Source of the DNA: Nitrososphaerales archaeon
GTDB taxonomy: Archaea > Thermoproteota > Nitrososphaeria_A > Caldarchaeales > Wolframiiraptoraceae
Direction of reading: 5' to 3'
Length of the DNA stretch: 41,498 nucleotides
Assembly: GCA_023269855.1 (NCBI GenBank)
Contig: JAGDWP010000056.1
Coordinates: forward strand, 1 to 41,498
Shown: positions 19,470-28,414 of the stretch, piece after piece
Layout: every line of letters starts with the position of its first letter
Position numbering within the stretch: the stretch's first letter is position 1
Notes under the pieces: model-generated
Databases searched by the model: none
What the model saw: the letters and a program-made list of their open reading frames with translations, nothing else
Told to the model about the DNA's origin: nothing
Made by a program: the position numbers and the translations under genes

Positions 19470-19526
19470 GCAAAGAATCACAACATTTTTAGATGAGGAT
19501 GTTAACATTTCTTTGAGTAAAGAACG

Positions 19527-21824
19527 ATGGAAGTTATTAGAAGAATACAGTTAATCATCTTGACGACGTTAGTGGTAGCAATGATTCTAATCGGAGTAGC
19601 ATATTCTCAAGAAGAGGGAGTAAGGATAAGATTCTACATGGATACAGGTTTGGGTGGACCTAGAATAATCGACACATGCGGTGGAATGGTACCTGTAGGA
19701 GAAAACCTGACCTGCACTATTAGACCTGTAATCTATTTTGATAATGATACGAGGATTGTCTTTAAAGGATGGTATAGGGATGGAAAACTAATCACTAGTG
19801 ATGTAACCATTATGGTGACGGCTGAAGAAGGCCAATATCTACAAGAATACATTGCAAAATACAACGTCGAATATCTATTAGAACTTGAATTAGGTTATCA
19901 AACTATCGATGAGTGGAAGCCTAGACATAGTTCCTTCACATTCAGAGTAGAAGGAACATGGAATCTTCGTGAAGGCGTCAGAAAACTTTTCCTAAAATGG
20001 ATTGGCGACATTGAAGGAAACAATCCATACATCTATATAGAGAAGATTACTAAACCCTTGAAAGTGAAAGCAGTCTGGACAACACAATACTATGTGAATG
20101 TAATATCTGAACATCCTTTATCATTGGAAAGCGGATGGTTTAATGAAACTCAAACAATTAACGTAGAACCTGTAACCCCAGTCATTTATGAAAATAATGG
20201 AGAATCAAAGATTATACTAGAAAAATATGCTGTAGATTATTTGTTAGTGGATCAACAAGATTTCCAAGTGTATGAAAACTCTTTTAGATTAACAGTTAAT
20301 TCGCCTTTAACGATAAAAGCTTTTTGGGTAAAACTCCACCATGTAGTTCTCGAATCAGACCATGTTAGACCCATACTGCTAGATGATTGGATACGGGACG
20401 GTGATAGACTAATTTTCAATCAGTTAGAGAAAGAGATTACTTGGAATAATGGTACAAAAATAGTTTTCGATAGATGGGAGAACGGTATAACTTCATCAAA
20501 TGTAAACATAAATGTTGAAATAAGTGGTCCTCTCCAAGCTCGAGCAATATGGAGAGTCTACTATCTAGTTTCTGTAGAATCATCTGATCCCAGTATCGCT
20601 GTATATGCTAATAGTTTAGGATGGATTGAGAAGGGAAGCTACTTGCTCATCAATGCAACACCAATTGAAAGAAATCTAGGGAAAGGCGTTAAAGCATTGT
20701 TCAAAGAGTGGAGCGGTAGTATTATAAGCTCAAACCCTATAATCGAAATCTCAAGCTTAGATAAACCTGTAATAGTTAAAGCTGTATGGGTTAAGAAGTA
20801 TCTCGTCACTATTGATGCTTTAGAACAAGCTGGAATACCGAAAGAATTATGGATAGAGGAAGAAGAAGACAAGGAGATAATAGCACCGCTTCACGTCATA
20901 ATAGATAATTCAACAAGAATAGTTTTTAATAAATGGTTTGGATGCACTATGGTCAAAGACAATATTTGTACATTAAGCAATGTAAACACGCCCTTAACTA
21001 TTGGTGCAAGATATATCATGGAGAAAAAGATAACAATAGAGGCCATATCTTTAAACGATGAAGTAATAGAAAATGTATCATTCACCCTTAAACATGAGTC
21101 AGGTGACATAAAGAAGCTATTTTCAAAGGATACCTCATGGATGAAGATAGGGCTCTGGACTGTTGAGGATGCTACTTGGAAAGGATACGATGTAACTTCT
21201 ACTACAGAGTTCCGAATATCAGAAGACTCCAATACACCTGTAAGACTATTAGTGAAGATTTTCAAGATATCATTCAAGATACAAGATTATCTAGGTTTTC
21301 CAGTCAAAGATGCAAAGATAATTATCAGAAAAAACGATGGTGAAATAATATATGAAGGTAGGACAGATGAAAGCGGGTCCCTGGATAATGCAGGACCTCT
21401 GCCTCCAATAGACTTAACTGCATACATACTCTACATGGATCATCAAATAGTTAAGCAAATAAATCTAAAGACGTCAAACCCTGTCTACATAACGATACCA
21501 TTCTCACAGACATCAATCCAAATCTTTATACTCATATTCGTTGCCTCCGGGTCACTCATAACTTATGCTTTTATTAGAAGGCTTCGTAAACCTAAAGAGA
21601 TTCCGCTAGAAGTCCCCATACCATTGGAGCCGCCGCCAACAATAACTACAGAAGAAGCTATTGAAGATGTAGAAGTTAAGAAGGCACCGATAGTTACTCT
21701 CGAAGACGTTATCAAGAAACTAAAGATGAGCGGAGAAAACCCTGAGAAAGTATTAGGAGAATTAGTTGAAGGCTTCCAAGGTAAGAAAGAAGATAAAACG
21801 AAAAAGAAACCTAATCGCGAGTAG
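19527..21824 (+). CDS. Large type-I membrane-anchored surface protein with about six internal beta-rich repeats
   Basis: An N-terminal hydrophobic signal/anchor spans aa 8-26. A C-terminal TM 'IQIFILIFVASGSLITYAFI' (approx. nt 21513-21575) is followed by an RRLRK stop-transfer and a Pro/Glu/Lys-rich tail. The ectodomain carries seven N-x-S/T sequons. A segment before the TM, 'ISFKIQDYLGFPVKDAKIIIRKNDGEIIYEGRTDESGSL', is carboxypeptidase-regulatory-like. Confidence 0.75.
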   Translation: MEVIRRIQLIILTTLVVAMILIGVAYSQEEGVRIRFYMDTGLGGPRIIDTCGGMVPVGENLTCTIRPVIYFDNDTRIVFKGWYRDGKLITSDVTIMVTAEEGQYLQEYIAKYNVEYLLELELGYQTIDEWKPRHSSFTFRVEGTWNLREGVRKLFLKWIGDIEGNNPYIYIEKITKPLKVKAVWTTQYYVNVISEHPLSLESGWFNETQTINVEPVTPVIYENNGESKIILEKYAVDYLLVDQQDFQVYENSFRLTVNSPLTIKAFWVKLHHVVLESDHVRPILLDDWIRDGDRLIFNQLEKEITWNNGTKIVFDRWENGITSSNVNINVEISGPLQARAIWRVYYLVSVESSDPSIAVYANSLGWIEKGSYLLINATPIERNLGKGVKALFKEWSGSIISSNPIIEISSLDKPVIVKAVWVKKYLVTIDALEQAGIPKELWIEEEEDKEIIAPLHVIIDNSTRIVFNKWFGCTMVKDNICTLSNVNTPLTIGARYIMEKKITIEAISLNDEVIENVSFTLKHESGDIKKLFSKDTSWMKIGLWTVEDATWKGYDVTSTTEFRISEDSNTPVRLLVKIFKISFKIQDYLGFPVKDAKIIIRKNDGEIIYEGRTDESGSLDNAGPLPPIDLTAYILYMDHQIVKQINLKTSNPVYITIPFSQTSIQIFILIFVASGSLITYAFIRRLRKPKEIPLEVPIPLEPPPTITTEEAIEDVEVKKAPIVTLEDVIKKLKMSGENPEKVLGELVEGFQGKKEDKTKKKPNRE
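19614..21026 (+). repeat. About six tandem protein-level repeats of approx. 78 aa (approx. 234 nt) inside the surface protein
   Basis: A recurring pattern is present: [IL][VF]Fx[KG]W ... NP/N.. ... P[LV].[VI]KA[VF]W..(Y/H).V.[VIL]. Examples are 'RIVFKGW', 'KLFLKWIGDIEGNNPYIYIEKITKPLKVKAVWTTQYYVNV', 'KIVFDRWENG...GPLQARAIWRVYYLVSV', 'ALFKEWSGSIISSNPIIEISSLDKPVIVKAVWVKKYLVTI', 'RIVFNKWFG...TPLTIGARY'. The repeats are divergent at the DNA level. Confidence 0.6.
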
Positions 21825-22680
21825 AGTATTTTAGGACTGGATCATTTAATTTAACATTTAACTTCTCCGCAATTGGTAAGCATTTAGCAATCATTAAGAA
21901 GAAGATGTTTGTTCCATCTTCCAGAACTTCATAGTTTCCCATGCCTTTAGAAATTATAAAATCATATTGCTTTATCAAGTTGTCTAACTCTATGCTGTTA
22001 GGCTTGATACCTGTATCTTCCTCACCATTTGAAGAATAAACAATTGAAACGTTAGGTAACTTATCGAGACCTGCATCTTTCAAATCATCCATAGTAGCAT
22101 CATTGACTATAGGTCCACCTCTTACCACAATTGTTATAGAATCAAAATCTTTCCCTCTTATATCATGTATGGTATCCAGAAGTAGCTTGTCGGTATAGAC
22201 TTCTCCTGCATTATCTAAGAAATATAGCAGGTTATGGGAAGAAAATACTTTATCCCGAAACTTCAGGTAATCGTTTATCATTAATTTTCTTGAAAAAGTA
22301 TCCATCAATGTTCTTTCAAAATTTGAGGCTTCAACAGTAACTATATCTATAGCATTCCCTGCAATGGCTAGTTTTATGGCACTCTCTAGTTTGTCGATGC
22401 TAACTTCAACCAACTTCTTTAACATAGGATACAAGTCGGAAGCAAGACTATTACTCATCTTTTTAATCTCTCTGAAAGGGTCATTTACTCCCGTAACTCT
22501 TCGAATTACCCTATGTATCTCTAATGATACTTCAACAGGAGTCTTATCCCAATTCGAGATGATTATTGGGAAAGCTTTCGACAGTATTTCTTTCTGTACT
22601 TCTTCATCTTTTCCAGCTAACCTGACAGCTAGATTCACCGTCTTCAAGATGCATGGAACACATTCGGGAGATAACCTCAT
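21811..22680 (-). CDS. DUF89 family protein (ARMT1-like damage-control phosphatase)
   Basis: Contains N-terminal 'ECVPCILK', 'YFLDNAGEV..D', 'ISKGMGNYE'. There is a convergent 14-nt overlap with the surface protein 3' end. Confidence 0.75.
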   Translation of the reverse strand: MRLSPECVPCILKTVNLAVRLAGKDEEVQKEILSKAFPIIISNWDKTPVEVSLEIHRVIRRVTGVNDPFREIKKMSNSLASDLYPMLKKLVEVSIDKLESAIKLAIAGNAIDIVTVEASNFERTLMDTFSRKLMINDYLKFRDKVFSSHNLLYFLDNAGEVYTDKLLLDTIHDIRGKDFDSITIVVRGGPIVNDATMDDLKDAGLDKLPNVSIVYSSNGEEDTGIKPNSIELDNLIKQYDFIISKGMGNYEVLEDGTNIFFLMIAKCLPIAEKLNVKLNDPVLKYSTRD

Positions 22681-22708
22681 TTCTAGAAGCCTTCCTATAT
22701 TCTTCTAG

Positions 22709-22975
22709 CTAGGTGACATCTCCGCTTTCAGAAATCTTCCTATCTTCATATGGTGCAATATGTCTCCTATAAAACTCTTGGAGTACACATGATAAAACGC
22801 CTATCGCTCTATTATAGTTAAAGTATCTAGGAGGATAGAGGTGGAGAATAAGTCTGAAAATAACATAATTAAGTTGTCCATCAAGTTCTTCGAGTGACGC
22901 TTTCTTAAGCTCATTTATTAAAGCATCAATATATGGATCAAGCTTCTCTCTACTTTCCCTATTAATGTACGGCAT
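22709..22975 (-). CDS. Small helical hypothetical protein (88 aa)
   Basis: The ORF has an ATG start and lies 28 nt upstream of the DUF89 gene on the same strand. Its C-terminal 'YNRAIGVLSCVLQEFYRRHIAPYEDRKISESGDV' looks like a conserved motif, but I cannot name the family. Confidence 0.5.
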   Translation of the reverse strand: MPYINRESREKLDPYIDALINELKKASLEELDGQLNYVIFRLILHLYPPRYFNYNRAIGVLSCVLQEFYRRHIAPYEDRKISESGDVT

Positions 22976-23054
22976 GCTGATTAATAATCCAAGGCTCTAT
23001 ATTTACATTATCATTCTTTATCAAAATATATCTTCTTTCACTTTAAAAATAACT

Positions 23055-24335
23055 TTATTCTTTCAAGAATGTATTAAGAATGTCTGACCAAGAAAGTAGA
23101 TAGACATCTACTTTACTTCCTTTAACAACTTTATCTATCTTCTCGGGAATTCTTATAAAGCCTGAAGACAGTAATAATGGCTTAATCATAGATGAATCTC
23201 CGAGAATAGGTTTAGCAATAAATCTATCTTTGTCCTTAATTAATTGTACAAAACGTATTCTTTCAAACGAGACATATTCTTTAACTAGTAAGTCTTCAGC
23301 CATTTCTGCACGTATTCTTGGAAAGAAATTCTTTATTGGAAGCCCTTGAAGATAGCATATCAACGGGATCAATATATTTATCATTCCAGACATGGTGGAT
23401 TGAATATGTCCTGGAAGCATTATAACTGGTTTACCATTTAATAAGACTATGCTTGTAGCTCTTCCGGGTTGGACCCTCAATCCTCTAGCTATAGGCATAC
23501 TATCCGGTTGATTAGATAGAGTCGTCCAACATAGATCTCTTGTTCCAAGTGAGACACCCCCAATAGTTACGCATATGTCATTCTCTCTAAGAGAAGCTAT
23601 AGTTGTTTCAGCTATCTGTTCAGGTGAGTCTTGGATTACTTTGAATCTTATAGGAATTGCTCCGAATTCTCTTACATAATGGGATACGATTATCGAGGAT
23701 GTCTCAAGCTTTCTTCCATCAACTTCTTTGAGATCCACAGTTAATTCATCTCCTATACCTATTAGAGCGACTCTAGGTTTTGCATATACTTTAACTCTAT
23801 ACTTTCCAATATCCAGTAGGTAGCGGATTGCCGGGGACCTGATAATATCACCTCTCCGTAGAATAATCTCTCCACTCTGGACGTCGGCTCCTCTAGATGT
23901 TATATGTTCTCCTTTCTTAGCAGGTTCTACTATCTCTATGTAATCTCCATACACCTTAGCTCTCTCAACAGGTATTACTGAGTCAGAATTTTCAGGTATC
24001 TTCGCTCCTGTTACAACGTAAGCAGCTTCACCTTTTCCAATGTAGAGATCATGGTCACTGATTAAATCGATTCTTTCTACAATCTTCAATCTTATCGGAT
24101 TAGTCGTTGAAGCGTTTAACGTATCAGAGCTTCTAACAGCATAACCATCGAAATGAGCAATATCGTTTTTAGGTATAGGAACAGTAGAAACAACATCTTC
24201 AGCTAATACGAAGCCTATTGAATCTACAGCATCAACTTCGATGACTCGGGGATGTAGTTGCCAATTTTTGAGTATAGTATCTAATACTTCTTCTACTTTA
24301 ACATATTTGAAGAACTTCTCTGAGACTTCGTTCAT
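23055..24335 (-). CDS. moeA: Molybdopterin molybdenumtransferase
   Basis: 426 aa. 'LAEDVVS..PIPKNDIAHFDGYAVR' is the typical MoeA N-domain. The MoCF-binding core contains 'ICVTIGGVSLGTRD'. Confidence 0.85.
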   Translation of the reverse strand: MNEVSEKFFKYVKVEEVLDTILKNWQLHPRVIEVDAVDSIGFVLAEDVVSTVPIPKNDIAHFDGYAVRSSDTLNASTTNPIRLKIVERIDLISDHDLYIGKGEAAYVVTGAKIPENSDSVIPVERAKVYGDYIEIVEPAKKGEHITSRGADVQSGEIILRRGDIIRSPAIRYLLDIGKYRVKVYAKPRVALIGIGDELTVDLKEVDGRKLETSSIIVSHYVREFGAIPIRFKVIQDSPEQIAETTIASLRENDICVTIGGVSLGTRDLCWTTLSNQPDSMPIARGLRVQPGRATSIVLLNGKPVIMLPGHIQSTMSGMINILIPLICYLQGLPIKNFFPRIRAEMAEDLLVKEYVSFERIRFVQLIKDKDRFIAKPILGDSSMIKPLLLSSGFIRIPEKIDKVVKGSKVDVYLLSWSDILNTFLKE

Positions 24336-24474
24336 ACCAAATTTTACCTCTGGTTAGTAATATTATTGGGTTCTCGAGATTTATAGGCATATCACATCTA
24401 ATAGAAGATGGAAATTCTTTAAGAAACATATGAGGGGAAGTTAATAAGGTAGTTTTGATGATATTCTAGCCAGT

Positions 24475-24960
24475 ATGGGGGACCCGAAGAGACCTCGTAA
24501 ACGGTACGAGACGCCTGGACATCCTTGGAAATCTGATAGGTTATCTATGGAGCTCCAATTAATTGGAGAATATGGTTTGAGGAATAAAAGAGAGTTATGG
24601 AGAGCTGAGACTGTATTGAGAAAGATTAGAGCTCAAGCTAGGGCTTTATTTATTCTCTCAGGGGAGAAAAGAGTTCAGGAAGAATCTAGGCTTATACAGA
24701 GATTGTATAAAATGGGGCTCGTTGACGAGAATGCTACAGCAGACGATGTATTAAAGCTAACGGTTAGGGATATCTTGGAGAGGAGACTCCAAACAATAGT
24801 CTACAAGCTTGGGTATGCGAGAAGCATTCACCAGGCAAGACAATTGATAGCTCATGGCCACGTCTATGTAGGAGATAATAAAGTTAGGTCTCCAAGCTAC
24901 CATGTAATGAGAGGAGAAGAATCAATCATCCGAGTAGCAATACCGCTGGAAGCGAGATAA
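24475..24960 (+). CDS. rps4: 30S ribosomal protein S4 (uS4)
   Basis: Contains 'GDPKRPRKRYETPGHPW', 'EYGLRNKRELW', and an S4 RNA-binding domain 'RRLQTIVYKLGYARSIHQARQLIAHGHV'. Confidence 0.95.
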   Translation: MGDPKRPRKRYETPGHPWKSDRLSMELQLIGEYGLRNKRELWRAETVLRKIRAQARALFILSGEKRVQEESRLIQRLYKMGLVDENATADDVLKLTVRDILERRLQTIVYKLGYARSIHQARQLIAHGHVYVGDNKVRSPSYHVMRGEESIIRVAIPLEAR

Positions 24961-25008
24961 CTATACACTAGAAAAAACGTTATTCTTGATTCTTATTTCT
25001 TAGTGATT

Positions 25009-25467
25009 CTACAATCTAGATAAGTAGACAAAATGAGGAAGCTCATCGAGAAATATCTTTAATGCTAGTTCAACCGCTCTGGGCGATCCCGGTAAACACA
25101 GCACTACCTTCTTTCCATATACGCCGGCTGTTGCCCTTGTTAAGGCTGCTGCAGCCCCTATTTCTTTGTAACTTTCCAGTCTAAATATTTCACCAAATCC
25201 TTCAGCTTCTTTATCAAGTAATGGTCTAACGGCTTCTAAAGTTACGTCTCTACTGGTTAACCCTGTTCCACCCATGAAGATTATTACGTCTACTTCTTTC
25301 TTACCAGCATTTATGAGAACTTCTCTAATCATATAGATGTCATCATCGACTACGTCTCCTTCAATTATTTCATGTTCTCTCTCTTTAATGATTTTTACAG
25401 CTAGATCCATTGTTTCATCACTGTATGGCTTCCCCTCAGCTTTCAACTTATATCTTGAACTACTCAC
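25009..25467 (-). CDS. moaB: Molybdenum cofactor biosynthesis protein MoaB/MogA family
   Basis: Contains 'IIFMGGTGLTSRDVT' and 'LPGSPRAV'. Confidence 0.85.
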   Translation of the reverse strand: MSSSRYKLKAEGKPYSDETMDLAVKIIKEREHEIIEGDVVDDDIYMIREVLINAGKKEVDVIIFMGGTGLTSRDVTLEAVRPLLDKEAEGFGEIFRLESYKEIGAAAALTRATAGVYGKKVVLCLPGSPRAVELALKIFLDELPHFVYLSRL

Positions 25468-25516
25468 AGTGTAAAGAATGAACCTTAGCTTTCTCGGACT
25501 TCTCTCCCTATGTTCT

Positions 25517-25987
25517 TCATGAGGTTTCGATAGTGACGTCTTTCTTCACCTTCTCAACAACTCTAATACTTGTGATCTCTGTAGTAGGGTATTGGCCCTC
25601 ATCGTTTTTCTCATACTTTTTGACTACATCCCATATATTAAGTAAGGCAACAGATACCGCTGTTAATGCCTCCATCTCAACCCCCGTTCTCTCTATTGCT
25701 TGAATTATTGCTTCAACTTCTATACCTTCATCTGTAATTCTCGGGTTTACTTCTACATGGTCAAGTCTCAGTGGATGACATAGGGGGAGAAGTAGCGGGG
25801 TAAGCTTAGCAGAGTTTATTCCAGTTATCCTGGCAAGCTGCAGAGGGTCTCCCTTCTCAACCTCTCCGCTCCTTATCCTCTCAATAGTCTCACGTCGAAG
25901 TTTTATGAATCCTCTAGCAATAGCTACTCTCCTTACTAGAGGCTTCTCAGAAACATCTACTTGCTTTATTTCGGATGGCATAAACAT
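25517..25987 (-). CDS. moaC: Cyclic pyranopterin monophosphate synthase accessory protein
   Basis: Contains 'KGDPLQLARITGINSAKLTPLLLPLCHPL' and 'TGVEMEALTAVSVALLNIWD'. Confidence 0.9.
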   Translation of the reverse strand: MFMPSEIKQVDVSEKPLVRRVAIARGFIKLRRETIERIRSGEVEKGDPLQLARITGINSAKLTPLLLPLCHPLRLDHVEVNPRITDEGIEVEAIIQAIERTGVEMEALTAVSVALLNIWDVVKKYEKNDEGQYPTTEITSIRVVEKVKKDVTIETS

Positions 25988-26068
25988 ACTATCCTAAGAT
26001 TCCTCTTAAAGATATTGTCACTTAAGATCCTCTCAAGAGAAAAGACTTAATTAATTCGGAGAATATTT

Positions 26069-26575
26069 ATGGATGCTATGAAGATTCTGTGGGCTCCTTG
26101 GAGGATGAAGTATATTAGGCGTTTCGAAGATAGAGAGGATAATCAATGCTTCTTCTGTAAGGGCGTCCAGCAAAACAAAGACAGGGAGAATTTAATTCTG
26201 TATAGAGGTAGAAGCTGTTTTATCATCTTGAATAAGTATCCTTATACTAGTGGTCACCTCATGGTCGCACCGTATAAGCATGTTGGAGACCTAGAGAAAT
26301 TGAGTCAGGATGAAGTATGTGAACTAATGAAGTTAATAATTCTAAGCATAAAGATACTTAGGAAAGAGTATAAACCAAGTGGTTTAAATATAGGTGCAAA
26401 TATTGGGAGAACTGCTGGAGCAGGCGTAGAAGATCATGTACACTTCCATATTGTTCCAAGATGGGTTGGAGATACAAACTTTATGCCTGTAATATCGGAG
26501 ACAAAGATTATCCCTGAGCTTCCTGAAGAAACATATGATAGACTAGTAAAATATTTTAAAGAACCCCCTGATTAG
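26069..26575 (+). CDS. HIT-family nucleotide hydrolase/transferase
   Basis: Contains the histidine triad 'HVHFHIVPRW', 'NKYPYTSGHLMV', and N-terminal 'WAPWRMKY'. Confidence 0.85.
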   Translation: MDAMKILWAPWRMKYIRRFEDREDNQCFFCKGVQQNKDRENLILYRGRSCFIILNKYPYTSGHLMVAPYKHVGDLEKLSQDEVCELMKLIILSIKILRKEYKPSGLNIGANIGRTAGAGVEDHVHFHIVPRWVGDTNFMPVISETKIIPELPEETYDRLVKYFKEPPD

Positions 26576-27555
26576 GTTACTGAGCTTAATCTATTAGAAT
26601 CCAGTAAATAGTATGGTGAAGATTCATCTGCAAGTAATGAGACTCTGCTAGCGTTGTCATGAGTGACAATCTTATAATTAATTGTTGATGAAAGCTTTTG
26701 AGCGAATTCAATTATCTCCTTCATACTCGGCATAGCCTCTCTCGGAAGCCTCTTCTGGCTTTCCCCTACATGCATGTATGCTTTACATTCTATGTAATCT
26801 GGTTTTGCAAGCTTTATGAGTTCAGCATATTTCTCAATATTCATCATGTTATACCCTTTAACAAGAGTTAGCCTTATCACTTTCCTAGATTTATCCAATG
26901 ATGGCATTAATCTTAAACTCTCATTAAGTCTGACCCAGCTATCGTTTATTAGTGGTCTACACATCTTAACGTGAGTTTCGATGTCTGGACCATACAAACT
27001 AATGTAGAGATTTGTTGGTTGAGCATCTTCATCTATCAGCTCTTGTATTCTTGTAGGATTTGTACCATTTGTTACAAGAAACGTCGTCATACCACGATTA
27101 TGTGCAAGCTTGATGAGGTCTGGAAGATATGGATAGAGTGTCGGTTCACCGTCTAGCGAAATAGCCATATTCTTTGGTTCCAAGGCCTCTAAAAACAGTT
27201 TTCTATCAACAACTGGGTTTCCTTTAAACCCTGATAAGAGTTGTCTCTGCTCTTTAATAAGCCCGTCAAGTATTTCTTCTGGACGATTCCATTCTCCTTC
27301 ATATATTGTAACTCTATTTATAGTGTGGAATCTCCAACAAAATATACACATCATATTACAATATTGTACGCTTGGAGTCATCTGGAGACATCTGTGACTT
27401 TCTACTCCATACCAGTTCTTATAGCAGTGTTTTCCTCCACGTAAAACATTCTTAGTCCAGTGACATATCTTAACAGCGGAATGTGCACCGACTAAACGGT
27501 AACCACTCTTCTTCAACTTATCAACTTCATCAACGTACGTCCTAGACACAACCAT
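26572..27555 (-). CDS. taw1: 4-demethylwyosine synthase (radical SAM, TYW1/Taw1)
   Basis: 'CYKNWYGVESHRCLQMTP....CNMMCIFCWR' is the characteristic Taw1 double-cluster region, and 'SLDGEPTLYP' is also present. There is a 4-nt convergent overlap with the HIT gene. Confidence 0.85.
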   Translation of the reverse strand: MVVSRTYVDEVDKLKKSGYRLVGAHSAVKICHWTKNVLRGGKHCYKNWYGVESHRCLQMTPSVQYCNMMCIFCWRFHTINRVTIYEGEWNRPEEILDGLIKEQRQLLSGFKGNPVVDRKLFLEALEPKNMAISLDGEPTLYPYLPDLIKLAHNRGMTTFLVTNGTNPTRIQELIDEDAQPTNLYISLYGPDIETHVKMCRPLINDSWVRLNESLRLMPSLDKSRKVIRLTLVKGYNMMNIEKYAELIKLAKPDYIECKAYMHVGESQKRLPREAMPSMKEIIEFAQKLSSTINYKIVTHDNASRVSLLADESSPYYLLDSNRLSSVT

Positions 27556-27597
27556 CTCTTCATCCTACATTAAAAACATATCTCAAAGTAATTAATC

Positions 27598-28413
27598 TTA
27601 ACCTCTATCTCTAAGATTGAGTATTTCAGTTACTAGGTCCTCGTTCGATGCCGCGATTACGCCGAAGTTTCTACCTGCTGAGAGGTCTATATATTCTACT
27701 ATTCCTTCTATCGTGAGTATTCTATATGACCCACCAGCTATCTGCAGTAAGAATAATGGAGCGAGAAAATCGAATGGTCTCAGATATGGTCCGAGGCAAA
27801 CGTATCCTTCCACTCTGCCGGCTAAGATATAGCAGATCTCTAGTGCTGTCGATGCTAGGAAAGATGAAAAACCAGAATTGCATATAATCTTCTCAGCCCA
27901 TTGCCGGTATCTTTCATCTCTAACAGACCACATACTAACGATTAGGTATGAATCTTTCAAAGAGTGTATATTAGAAAGTTTTGGTCCTTGACTGTTTACT
28001 AATACTGTGCCTCCTTTCTCGCCTAAGTACATTTCTCCACTTACGTGGTCTATTACTCCTGCTACAACTATGTCTCTTGAGCTTATGCTCTTAGAGATAA
28101 CCAGTGTAGTTGAATAGATTGGTATCCCTCTAGAAGCGTTCCTGCTTCCATCAACAGGGTCTATCAAGATATAGTAGTCAGGGTTACCGGAGCCTGTTAC
28201 TCCCAACTCTTCTGAGATTATTGCTACATTCTTCAGCTTATCTGTTACTACATTTATTACCGTTCTCTCTGCAGCTAGATCGAATGCGTATGATCTATCT
28301 CCATACGCTCCTATACTCTTAGGCTTTAGACCCCATCCATTCTTTACAGATTCAACTACTACTTCTCTCACAGTTGTAAGTGCTTCTTCTGTTAGCTTCA
28401 GTAAATCAGTCAT
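27598..28413 (-). CDS. suhB: Inositol monophosphatase / fructose-1,6-bisphosphatase family protein
   Basis: Contains metal-binding 'ISEE' and 'IDPVDGSRNASRGIP', plus the C-terminal 'ALE..Y.A.GR.' pattern. Confidence 0.85.
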   Translation of the reverse strand: MTDLLKLTEEALTTVREVVVESVKNGWGLKPKSIGAYGDRSYAFDLAAERTVINVVTDKLKNVAIISEELGVTGSGNPDYYILIDPVDGSRNASRGIPIYSTTLVISKSISSRDIVVAGVIDHVSGEMYLGEKGGTVLVNSQGPKLSNIHSLKDSYLIVSMWSVRDERYRQWAEKIICNSGFSSFLASTALEICYILAGRVEGYVCLGPYLRPFDFLAPLFLLQIAGGSYRILTIEGIVEYIDLSAGRNFGVIAASNEDLVTEILNLRDRG

Positions 28414-28414
28414 C

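Noticed and set aside
23055-25987. Moco biosynthesis genes (moeA, moaB, moaC) split by an oppositely oriented rps4 gene, considered as a possible rearrangement signature.
   Set aside because: Each gene has its own intergenic promoter space and intact ends. Interleaving of housekeeping genes on opposite strands is ordinary in compact archaeal genomes.
14962-27555. A possible AmmeMemoRadiSam three-gene system, pairing the Memo-family gene at 14962-15813 with the radical SAM gene at 26572-27555.
   Set aside because: The radical SAM protein carries the Taw1/TYW1-specific CYK..YG..SHRC..TP....C...C.FCWR region and lies 11 kb away on a different transcription unit. No AMMECR1 gene is present in the window.
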